A stretch of 53,992 nt of DNA from a virus (taxonomy: Duplodnaviria; Caudoviricetes): positions 1-53,992 of the IMG/VR virus record IMGVR_UViG_3300032053_000101; one strand, 5' to 3'. Shown in pieces: positions 30,001 to 38,065 of this stretch. Within the stretch, counting starts at the first letter, position 1; each line of letters begins with the position of its first letter. The translations under genes were made by a program, and so were the position numbers. The notes under the pieces are model-generated. The model saw only the letters and a list, made by a program, of their open reading frames with translations, did not search any database and had not been told where the DNA came from.

Positions 30001-30738
30001 TTTTATTATCTTATCTAATTTTTTTGTTTTACCATGGGAATAATTTGCTAAATGACCATATATATTATGGAATTCTTTATTACATATTTTACAAGTTATT
30101 TTAGATATATTCTTAATATCATCATCTAATATCAAATCTCCAACTTTTAAATCTTTCAATGGGGACCAACCATGTAATGTTTTAAATTTATGCTCTAATG
30201 TAACCTTTATTCTTTTCCTACTTTCCGTTTCAACTAAATATAAATCATCTTCCCCTTTAATCCAAGGAATAGAAGATCTAGCATAATGAAGATTCGTATT
30301 GGAATCTATGCACTGTACAGTTATTTCTTTTTGTAATTTATATAATTTTTCTACTGTGTAATCTTTATCTTCTAAAGCATCATGAATTATAGTATCTCCA
30401 GCAATACATCCTTTCCCCCAGAGTAGAACAGCAATACTAAATGCTTGGTTCTCAAATATGTTCTTTGATATCTTATCTTTATATTGATCATATTCTTCAA
30501 AAGGAACACCATAGAGTACAGCATAACAAGGATCATATTGAGCAGGTGATAAATCTATGAAATTAAGATAGTCCGGAGATGTAACAAATGTTCTGAAATC
30601 AACCGGTTCTTCTTCAAAGATTGTTTCAGGTAGGATAACGGCTTCTTCGATAGGTTTTTTAATATCCTCTTTAGTAATATTAGTAAAATGATTTGAAGCT
30701 ATATTACTGTATTTGTTTTGTGTAATCTGTTGCGGCAT
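27052..30738 (-). CDS. terL: Terminase large subunit with two inteins (583 aa after splicing)
   Basis: Spliced Walker A GKG|SGKD, Walker B YIMDE, nuclease IDLG..ND and DHP..G.KD..D. Confidence 0.9.
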   Translation of the reverse strand: MPQQITQNKYSNIASNHFTNITKEDIKKPIEEAVILPETIFEEEPVDFRTFVTSPDYLNFIDLSPAQYDPCYAVLYGVPFEEYDQYKDKISKNIFENQAFSIAVLLWGKGCIAGDTIIHDALEDKDYTVEKLYKLQKEITVQCIDSNTNLHYARSSIPWIKGEDDLYLVETESRKRIKVTLEHKFKTLHGWSPLKDLKVGDLILDDDIKNISKITCKICNKEFHNIYGHLANYSHGKTKKLDKIIKIEFYKKDIYYDLEVPVYHNYLANGLYNHNSGKDTLSALVICYITYFLLCCKNPQQILNLPPDESIDIVNVAYSADQAMNVFFEKLKQRIIHNIWLKTKYPIVLSNQLVSEKEKEVLNQVKITRNAILFPKGIRMFSKHCVSGDTLILTPFGWKKIIDINIGEYVTVGNNQYKVKSTSSCIDDVYKVTLKNGLSIECNLNHKFNVIRNKQFVKISLSELKVGDYLWYFNSLNKFGNFDKIEIKQPYLIGDFRQYKKQRLIELILNKKSIFEIKNTLKIEGMPISSTTIASTRKEIKLGLNKDYKFFPDNNNLYINNELAWLLGIFIAEGTYKKFIRKGRNQPSYSIQISQYDELVGKRIQEYGRLIFGDDFKCYKNKKDRGCKYMIYNYRIAKIFEQLGFRSSSEQQFMGDKYIPDLLMNLPEEQMKYFIAGLWDGDGCLGTMFRYASVSLKLINKISLILNNFGIPVNICIVKQKNILHKDLYEIFIPSSFKNKFIELFPMVKIYKHKKNWPLAEEQHLLKYADIGSLILDWYKMKIKKGINVYDDNTPRDCQYETFSSNFIKKKIWLHDNPIIKFLMDNNLFASAIKSIEYIGKKQLYCLEVDTISSFNANGIYSSNSELESIEGLNLISYIMDEASAFRDKSKNRNANKIFDMLNTSAESRFGSRYKGFILSYPRYKGDFTMQMYEESLSSLQMYGVKLCTWEARPFPGPTFKFEKWNVPISLKYSFDHNPKDAKAKYCCEPPSVESPFIQFPEKVDEAIDHERLPIVEVEDYYSEGKIRKRITKWNIAVSTEEFLINIDLGLKNDAAGLSVTHKEDDKLIVDLIVSWDPQIKDSKGQVIKEAIVDLNNIEEFIKELKTRIRIGGVYFDRWNSALLVQRLSIMGIHSDVYNLKYSDYKTFIDLLYSDRISLLNDGILISEIKQLQSIKSEKVDHPEGGTKDKIDCIVGAVKVLFTSEGERLSAEGEFIYENLHEQGGEWI
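28147..29586 (-). mobile_element. Intein with LAGLIDADG homing endonuclease (480 aa) in TerL
   Basis: CVSGDT start; LLGIFIAEG and FIAGLWDGDG motifs; ends ANGIYSSN before Ser. Confidence 0.9.
29914..30408 (-). mobile_element. Mini-intein (165 aa) in the TerL Walker A motif
   Basis: CIAGDT start, TLEH block B, YDLEV..NYLANGLYNHN end before Ser. Confidence 0.92.
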
Positions 30739-31315
30739 TTGCTAAAGCCTCCTTATATTCTTCATCAGATTTATTCTTATTTTCTAATCCAACATATAAT
30801 AATATCCTAAACAAATTATCTATTATATAAATAACATCCTTACTTGCTACAAGATCTAGGAAATATCTTCTTCTTAATTCTATTAACCTTATTTTATTCA
30901 TCATCATTTTTTCCTTAATAAATGTTTTAGGTGCAAGATCCAATCCTTTTGTTTCTAACTCTCCAAGATCTTTATTGAGTGAATCTATATCATCATTTAT
31001 ATTCTCATATGTTGTTAATCTTTGTTTTGCTCTTTCTAGTTCCTTCTTTCCATCTTTAACCATTTCCTCAACTGTTTGAACTTTATTCTGTTCTAATCTC
31101 TGGTCCTTTAATATCATCAATTCTTTGGATTTCTCAGAACCTTTGAAGTATATCAAATCAAAATTTCTAATTGTGTTATTTGAAATTTTAACCTTATATT
31201 GTTCTTTAAGTATTTCTGCTATCTTGCGATAAGATATATGCTGCGTTAAAAGACCACCAACTATGTTTTCTAATTCTGTTCCTACTATTTTTCTCATTTT
31301 GATTATTTTAATCAT
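30704..31315 (-). CDS. Probable terminase small subunit
   Basis: N-terminal HTH (SYRKIAEIL..ISNNTIRN), coiled coil, overlaps the terL start. Confidence 0.6.
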   Translation of the reverse strand: MIKIIKMRKIVGTELENIVGGLLTQHISYRKIAEILKEQYKVKISNNTIRNFDLIYFKGSEKSKELMILKDQRLEQNKVQTVEEMVKDGKKELERAKQRLTTYENINDDIDSLNKDLGELETKGLDLAPKTFIKEKMMMNKIRLIELRRRYFLDLVASKDVIYIIDNLFRILLYVGLENKNKSDEEYKEALANAATDYTKQIQ

Positions 31316-31330
31316 GATAAATCTTTCTTA

Positions 31331-31408
31331 ATTGATAAAATATTGATAAATATTGATAAATTCTCCTTATTATATAGCTAAAGGTATAACCTACTATTTT
31401 TATCAATA
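31331..31408. repeat. Three direct copies and one inverted copy of (T)ATTGATAAA upstream of terS
   Basis: attgataaaa-tattgataaa-tattgataaa at 31331-31360; tttatcaata near 31399. Confidence 0.55.
31365..31390 (-). promoter_or_regulatory. Conserved 26-bp upstream motif, copy 2
   Basis: Matches 21668-21693 at 25/26 positions. Confidence 0.55.
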
Positions 31409-31520
31409 AATATAATGGTTTTGTGCCGCTTTTTTAAGGAAGGTGGTGAAAGTCTATTAAATCAAAATTAAGGTTATAATCAGGATTTAATAATTATATA
31501 AATTAATAAACCTCAAAAAC

Positions 31521-31720
31521 ATATCCTATTTTGTTCTGTGTGATGCGGTTCTGTCAAATTGTATCATATAATCTTATTTTAAAAAATTCCGTTGTGTATA
31601 GTCAAATTGTCATATTTCATCATGTGATGTTATGTCAAATTGTATCATATAATCTTATTTTAAAAAATTCCGTTGTGTATAGTCAAATCGTTATATTTCA
31701 TCTTATGTTGTTCTGTCAAA
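31521..31720 (-). repeat. Non-coding array with 5-nt NAY-NN periodicity, units delimited by TTTGAC (putative guide-RNA array)
   Basis: TTTGAC spaced 33/48/33/48 nt; 30 of 32 pentamers after these anchors end in AY; begins 25 nt after the RAMP gene stop. Confidence 0.8.
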
Positions 31721-31744
31721 TTGTTTTAATTAACCTAATACAAT

Positions 31745-32401
31745 TCAATCATCCTGTTTTTTAAATTTTAATAGATTGAGTTTACCTTTCTGGAAACTTC
31801 TCATTGAACCCAATCCTATTTCTTGTGATAATTCTACCATTTTTTTAAATTTATCATCAGATATTGTTCCATTATCTACGATCCATGCTTCATATTTAAT
31901 TATTCTTTTTTCAGAATAATCTGCTCTTTTTAATATACTTCTATCCCCTCTTGGACCCATAACATGGCCAAAAAAATCTTCATAGCCATCTGGTTTATCA
32001 GATAACCTTATATCAGTTGGCTTAATAAATAAGCCATGTTGAAATGTTTGTCTAAAACTTTTAATTAAAAATCCAAGAGTCTTTGCAGATTCTCTCAACA
32101 TTGCTTTAATTTGATAATCAGCTAAAAATATACCGCTTCCGTTGAAAGACCTAAATCCGCACCACATCTTAGACAATTCTTCTTCTTGATCTAAGGGTTC
32201 TATATCTTCTTTTAATTGTTCTGCTACCCCTCGTGCCTTTTCATTATCTTTTATTTTAGCAGTTGTAAAAGCATCAATCACATCTTCATGGCGTGGCAAT
32301 CCACCATAAATTCTTTCTCTAGCTTGCATTTCTACTGCAAACTTTTTATATATACTACCATCTTTCTTTACTTCTACTTCTTGACCTAAATCATTCTTCA
32401 T
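31745..32401 (-). CDS. Stand-alone Cas7/RAMP-superfamily protein (Vipr-like)
   Basis: First strand + IYGGLP, IFLADYQIKAMLRESA helix, thumb (GHVMGPRGDRSILK), C-terminal G-rich loop IGLGSMRSFQKGK; no other cas gene in the window. Confidence 0.78.
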   Translation of the reverse strand: MKNDLGQEVEVKKDGSIYKKFAVEMQARERIYGGLPRHEDVIDAFTTAKIKDNEKARGVAEQLKEDIEPLDQEEELSKMWCGFRSFNGSGIFLADYQIKAMLRESAKTLGFLIKSFRQTFQHGLFIKPTDIRLSDKPDGYEDFFGHVMGPRGDRSILKRADYSEKRIIKYEAWIVDNGTISDDKFKKMVELSQEIGLGSMRSFQKGKLNLLKFKKQDD

Positions 32402-32418
32402 GATAAGCCTCCGCCTTT

Positions 32419-32456
32419 ATTTCCCGCTTCCCCGTCTAGGCAAAGAAGCGGGAAAT
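32419..32456 (-). promoter_or_regulatory. Strong 5'-UTR hairpin next to the RBS of the RAMP gene
   Basis: Perfect 12-bp stem ATTTCCCGCTTC/GAAGCGGGAAAT, extended by G-U pairs on the minus strand. Confidence 0.65.
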
Positions 32457-32502
32457 GGTTATTTTTAATTTGGATTATTCCTTCGCTTTTCATCCTAACT
32501 AT

Positions 32503-32530
32503 ATTATATCATAAATATTAGTTTTGTCAA
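32503..32530 (-). promoter_or_regulatory. Sigma70-type promoter for the RAMP gene
   Basis: TTGACA-16 nt-TATAAT with an extended -10 TG. Confidence 0.8.
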
Positions 32531-32642
32531 GTGAAAACTTAAAAACAAAAGATACTTAATATCTATTTACTGATAAAATCATAGTTTAAACATCATTATT
32601 CTACTTTATATCCTTTTAATGATATTTTATCTATTTATCTGT

Positions 32643-32691
32643 AAAACACTCTAATTTTAGCTATTATGCTTACCGGAATGGATTTTATAGG
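32643..32691. repeat. Dispersed intergenic element, copy 2
   Basis: Matches 6314-6361; lies just 3' of tRNA-Asp. Confidence 0.75.
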
Positions 32692-32696
32692 CTATC

Positions 32697-32773
32697 TGGC
32701 GGAGCTAGTGGGAATCGAACCCACGATCTTCTGCTCGACAGGCAGATGTGTTAGCCGGCTACACCATAGCTCC
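32697..32773 (-). tRNA. tRNA-Asp(GUC)
   Basis: Full cloverleaf GGAGCUA/UAGCUCC, anticodon loop CU-GUC-GA, UUCGA T-loop, encoded CCA. Confidence 0.96.
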
Positions 32774-32785
32774 ATCTTAATCAAG

Positions 32786-32900
32786 TTACACTACAGTATT
32801 ATAATTAGTCTTCTCTGTAGTGTAAATCTGGTCCGGGGAAGAATATCAAGCTCCAACGATAAAGCTTATCTTCTTAACTTTATTCAAATTACGGACCAGC
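32786..32900 (-). ncRNA. Two long hairpins upstream of tRNA-Asp; possible ncRNA
   Basis: TTACACTACAG/CTGTAGTGTAA (11 bp) and CTGGTCCG/CGGACCAG enclosing a further stem. Confidence 0.4.
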
Positions 32901-32944
32901 TTATTGTAGTATTATTCTTCATATACGCTTACTAAACGATCTTA

Positions 32945-35900
32945 TCATTTAGGTAATAAAATATTATTAATTTTATCTTCTAATTGTTTGAGTTTGGTCA
33001 TAATAAATTCAAAATAAGCATCACCATAGTTCTTAAAACATTCAATTCTATTACCACACAATGTACAAACCAATACTTCTTTAGATAATACAAAACCATA
33101 AGATAGATTATATTGAACATTATCTATATTCTTATATTCATGATTACATGTATTTAACATCATATCCTCCTTTTTTCATATATAATTCCTCCTTATCTCC
33201 TATCTTCTTCTTCTTCTAAAGCATCTGCCAGAGTATTACACTGGTCAGCAAGTTCTCTCAAATCTTCTATGCTCCAATCATTCAATTCTTCCATCATTTC
33301 TTCTACTTTAGTCTTTTTCATACCTCACCTTCCTTTATATTTTTTAAATACCGTTTAAGCTTGGCTTTTAATTGTTTATCATTAATAATATTCTCATCCC
33401 ACGTCATATATTTTAATATATTTTCCACTTCTTCTTTGCTTAATTTTATTTTAGTTTTATTCATTCCTCACCTTCCTTTTTTTTATTATTTAGTTTTTTC
33501 CCACAAAAAGGACAATATTCAAGATATCCTATTACCTTACTTATCCATTGACCATCACATTTATAAACATCTGTATCTAAAGCAAAATGATAAAATCGTT
33601 TGCAACATACTTCATCAATCTTAAAATTGGATTCTTTTGTATTCATTTCTCACCTTCCTTTATTCTTCTACACAACCAACATGATAATGTTTGTTATAAT
33701 CTACATTATTGTTACATCTAATATCATCATTTTCTATAAAACCTTCTGCACAATCATCACAAAAAACTATTTCTTGTTCACATCTATCACAAATAAGATA
33801 TTTCTTTTCTACTGCATTAGCAGGTTTCATTCCTTGTTGAATACAAATATGATGACCTTGCACTTCATCTTGACAATTAGGACATGTTATTTTCATTCCT
33901 CACCTTCCTTTTTTATTTCTAATCCTGATAGCTTAACTCGTGAGAGAAGTTTCAAAACATTCGCTTTATATATAACCCCCATATCTCTACCATCTAAATG
34001 TAAGGTATCCATATTATTTATACGTTCAATAAATTCCTCTAATGATAATTTCTCATTATTCATTTCTCACCTTCCCTTTCTCCTTCTAAAACATTCGCTA
34101 AATCATTACATTGTTCAGCAAGTTCACGCAAATCTTCTATATTCCAATCGTTCAATTCTTCCATCAATTCTTCTACTTTAGTCTTTTCCATTCTTCCGAT
34201 ATAGCTTCTTGTAAATGATCTCTCTTCATCATTAATCTAATTTTTCCAATTTTTAGTTCTAGTTTATCAAATTCTTTTTGTTCTTTATTAGAAAGTTCTC
34301 TATTCGCTATTATATCTAAAAACTTATCATATTTAGCATTTAAACTAAAAAACTGCTGTTCTAATTTATTAGGCTTATACATTATCCCTCCCTGTTCATT
34401 TTTTATCCACCTTCTTTACTCCCATATGTTTGTTCCATATATTCATCAATAATAGCTGGGTAATCCCAATCACATAACGATTCCCAAATTGAATAATTAA
34501 GCGCATCTTTGCAATTTCTAATTCCATATTTTTCTATACATTCTTTTGGAATAAGTGCCGTATGTATAAGCTTCACGCTTCTATCTCTTTTTGCTTTCAT
34601 TTCTCTTTGTATCTTCCTTTAGCTGTTCTTGCCAATTATATATTAAATTCTTAAGCATAAAAATAACTTCTGTGATCCCATGCTTATATCCATCGATCCA
34701 TATTGGTTGATGTTTCTTGCATAATTTATAATAATCTTTATCGGTTAGTTTCTTGTTACAATATTCACACATCTTTCCTTTCTTTACTTCTGAATCTTTA
34801 AATTTAATCATGCTCATCTACCTTTTTACAGGTATGTGTATTCAGTATTTCTCTTCCAAATTTATAAAGATGACCATTAATTTCATCTCCTAAATATGTT
34901 CCACAATTATCACAATATCTTATTTTAACATCTGTATTTATATTAATACTTTTCATATCAATCCTTCCTTTTTAAACTTTTTAAATGAACTAATCATATC
35001 GGCTGCTAACATTTCAGGATTTGAATACATTTTTTTATGAGTATTAATCAACCATACCAATTCTTTTTTCATTTGTTTATCTTTCTTTACTTCCGATTTC
35101 CATTCCTGTGTTTCTTTATTTTTAGTCATCTCTTTGATTTCATGCTTATAATATTTCTTAACTATATTATCCAATTTTAATATTTCTGATACTATCAACT
35201 TTAATATATAACCAGTAGATTTTGGTATATAAGTAGGATCTTCTTCGAACTGTTTATAATAACTATATGTTCCAGATAAATCCCTTAATACCTCTTCTAA
35301 TTCATTATTCATATTTCTTTTATCTTTTTTACTATATCTTCTATATCTTCTATCGTCATTTTAGTTTCTCCAAATACGCTTCAAGTTTATCTATTATTTC
35401 TGATCCTTCTTGCGTTTTACATCTCCCTTCAAATATTTCCAATTCACCATTCAATATTCTTTCAACTTCTTCCTTACTTAAACTTAGAGTCTTTACTTGT
35501 GTGCTTTTTATCGCTTCATCAAAACTTATTCTTTTCATTTTTTCTCCTTTCCTAAATCTTTCCTATGATATTCTGTCATTATTTGAATTAACTCTTGCTT
35601 CAAGTTTCATATTTCTTTTAAATAACCCCAAACACCAGGAGTACTTGATCCCATCTCTTCTCCCAATGCTGGGTTAAATATTCTTAAATACTTATTGTTA
35701 TTAAACATGATTTCTATATCATTCATTTCATCTCCTCAAGATACTGCTCTAATTTTAATTTTATTTTATCCATTATTTTAATCTTTGATATAATAAACTA
35801 TATCCTTCATCATACATTAATTCTATACAATCTACATGAACTTGTTTAGCTTCCATATTGTGTCCTTTTTCCGTCCCGACTATTCCCGCTAATATTACTT

Positions 35901-36483
35901 TTCCCTTTTTTGCCGTATTGCAAATAATACATTTTTGATTATTATTCCAATTACCTTCTCTAAATATTCTCATTTTGTTTTACCTCCCTATTCCTATCCC
36001 AACATTCTAACATTGTTAAAGATACTGCACAGCAAGAGAACCTAATAATATCTTTTTGTATTCTTTATACATTTTTCTATTCTATTTTCTTTATACAACC
36101 ACAAAATCTACATTGGTACTGTTTTTTTTTCTCGATAGTTTTCCATCTATCCTTTTTACAATTAGGACATATATTACCACTTAATCTTCTTCGTTTCATT
36201 CTTCCTCCTCATCGTTAAAATATTTTTGTATTTCCATTCCATAATATATATTAACTTCACTATCTTTTCGCACATACTTTTGTGCAAACAATCCGCCTGT
36301 CGCACAACGGATATTCTTTTGATCGGATTTTTTTGCATGTTCAATTAAATACTTCAATGTTTCTTCTATTCCTTCTTTTGTAACCGTTCCGGTCCACCAT
36401 TTCCAATTCATAAAAGTATATATCTTCTCCAAATATTCGGATACTTCTCTAATATTATTACATTTATTTAATTGTGCTATCAT
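32945..36483 (-). CDS. Cluster of small hypothetical ORFs (e.g. 32945-33163, 33461-33646, 33660-33896, 34173-34382, 34403-34600, 34581-34817, 34953-35312, 35356-35538, 35773-35973, 36196-36483)
   Basis: Tightly packed co-directional ORFs with RBSs, many with CxxC pairs. Confidence 0.55.
33193..33321 (-). CDS. Small acidic protein (42 aa), copy A
   Basis: MKKTKVEEMMEELNDWSIEDLRELADQCNTLADALEEEDRR. Confidence 0.65.
   Translation of the reverse strand: MKKTKVEEMMEELNDWSIEDLRELADQCNTLADALEEEEDRR
34060..34191 (-). CDS. Small acidic protein (43 aa), copy B
   Basis: MEKTKVEELMEELNDWNIEDLRELAEQCNDLANVLEGEREGEK. Confidence 0.65.
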   Translation of the reverse strand: MEKTKVEELMEELNDWNIEDLRELAEQCNDLANVLEGEREGEK

Positions 36484-36492
36484 AATATTATT

Positions 36493-37602
36493 TTAATGGA
36501 AATCTGTTTGTTCATCTAATAAATACTCATCATTCACATACTTTAATACTTTTCTACCCATATAACACACAGATTCAATTAAAGGTTTTACTACAGATCC
36601 TTCTCTAATCTTCTGTTCCGGATATAAGCAGGATCCACCTTTTGAACATTTAATGAATATATCTTTACTAAATATTCCATTATAAACTAAAGGAACTCTA
36701 TTTAATTCTCCATGTTTATCCATCCAATCATCGAATTCATTCCAACTTAAATAATTACCAAACCCATGTTCGTTAATCCTCATTATATCAAATACAACCA
36801 ATTTATGTTCTCCTTCTTTACAACCATAAGTATATCCTTTTTGTATTCCCCAACCATAAATTTCTCCATAAAGAACTTCTCCGGGTTTCAAAACTTTATC
36901 TAAATTGTATTGCTTTGCTATCTTTAAATAAATATTCTGATCATAAAACCCATTCCATAACCATTTATACTGTAATTGAACATTTCTACTACCATATACA
37001 AATTCATATTTTGGAAGTATCTTTAACCATCTTAATAACTTTCTCCATAATGAATTTGCTTCCGTTGGAACATAACCACAACGGAAATTACTTCCATGAA
37101 CCTTTTCTGTAATAAAAACCTCTTCTCCATCTTGAAATACATTAGGATAATTTTTGAAGTTCTCTATATCCGTATATTTGTAAAAGAATGGATTTAATCT
37201 TTTTTTTGGAACTTGATTGCCTCTCATATGAACTGGTTTTTCAGGAGGTTCAAATTTTGTAATACCTAATTTTTCTGCTACATCTGTTCCTAATTCTTCG
37301 TTCTCTAATCCTAAAAGATTTAATGAAACAACCAATCCCTGAGATATGGCTCCTCTAATCTTAATTGTTTTTACTCTGGATTTACTTAATTTTATCTTAG
37401 AATCAATAGGAAATATCTTCGATTCTATTTCTACTGGAAGTAAAGAATCTATTGGAATATAAAGAGCTTTTGAACTTACTTTAAATTCTCCTTTTTGAAC
37501 TATGCAGGTCCATCCAAAGATCTGAGCGAGTTCTAGACGATCCGCATTGGGATGCTTTTGTATATCTTTTATCTCTACTACTTCAACTCTTAATGTACTC
37601 AT
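36493..37602 (-). CDS. ATP-dependent RNA ligase, Rnl2/DRB0094 type, with N-terminal OB-fold
   Basis: HPNADRLE N-terminus; motif I TEKVHGSN; YGE, VFDI, REG.V, LK motifs. Confidence 0.88.
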   Translation of the reverse strand: MSTLRVEVVEIKDIQKHPNADRLELAQIFGWTCIVQKGEFKVSSKALYIPIDSLLPVEIESKIFPIDSKIKLSKSRVKTIKIRGAISQGLVVSLNLLGLENEELGTDVAEKLGITKFEPPEKPVHMRGNQVPKKRLNPFFYKYTDIENFKNYPNVFQDGEEVFITEKVHGSNFRCGYVPTEANSLWRKLLRWLKILPKYEFVYGSRNVQLQYKWLWNGFYDQNIYLKIAKQYNLDKVLKPGEVLYGEIYGWGIQKGYTYGCKEGEHKLVVFDIMRINEHGFGNYLSWNEFDDWMDKHGELNRVPLVYNGIFSKDIFIKCSKGGSCLYPEQKIREGSVVKPLIESVCYMGRKVLKYVNDEYLLDEQTDFH

Positions 37603-38054
37603 TTCTTCTTTTTTTTGGGAATTTTATAAGTTATTTCACAAACATGTTCTTTATTACACTTATCACACTTTCCAGTTATCTTCTTATCTATTTTCAATTT
37701 AACATATCCATCTATTCTTCTTATAATAGGTTCCCATTTTTTAATCTTATTACCTCCTATTACCAGTAATTTCTTCTTTGCTTTTTCTATATCAAAATCC
37801 AATTTATATAAATCATTATAATCAACTCTATGCTTATGACCTTTACTATCTATTGCTAGAAAATATTCATCATAACTACCATTAGTTAGATCAACAAGAT
37901 TCCACCAAACAACTTTCTCTTTGCATTGTGGGCATATAGTATTCTTCATATTATCAGAATAATCCGTTCCATCAAAAGAATAATCCTCATAAACATCCCT
38001 TGACCATTCGTGGCCATTCTTACAAAGCAATTGATGATAACCTTCAAAACTCAT
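37599..38054 (-). CDS. Hypothetical Cys-rich protein
   Basis: 151 aa; CKNGH, CPQC, CDKC. Confidence 0.6.
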   Translation of the reverse strand: MSFEGYHQLLCKNGHEWSRDVYEDYSFDGTDYSDNMKNTICPQCKEKVVWWNLVDLTNGSYDEYFLAIDSKGHKHRVDYNDLYKLDFDIEKAKKKLLVIGGNKIKKWEPIIRRIDGYVKLKIDKKITGKCDKCNKEHVCEITYKIPKKKKK

Positions 38055-38065
38055 TATGCCTCCTT

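Noticed and set aside
31521-31720. Canonical CRISPR array next to the Cas7-like gene
   Set aside because: The constant part is only about 6-8 nt, non-palindromic, spacing alternates 33/48, and the intervening sequences are themselves periodic and partly duplicated
31521-31720. Array as tandem sigma70 promoters (TTGAC(A/T)-18 nt-TATAAC/TAAAAT-like) for terS
   Set aside because: Not fully excluded, but the spacing and -10 boxes are suboptimal and promoters would not explain AY at every fifth position through whole units
31531-31764. 77-aa plus-strand ORF with an internal repeat
   Set aside because: By-product of the 81-nt duplication in the array; antisense to the locus and no RBS
32666-32935. 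89-aa plus-strand ORF
   Set aside because: Antisense to tRNA-Asp and the adjacent hairpins
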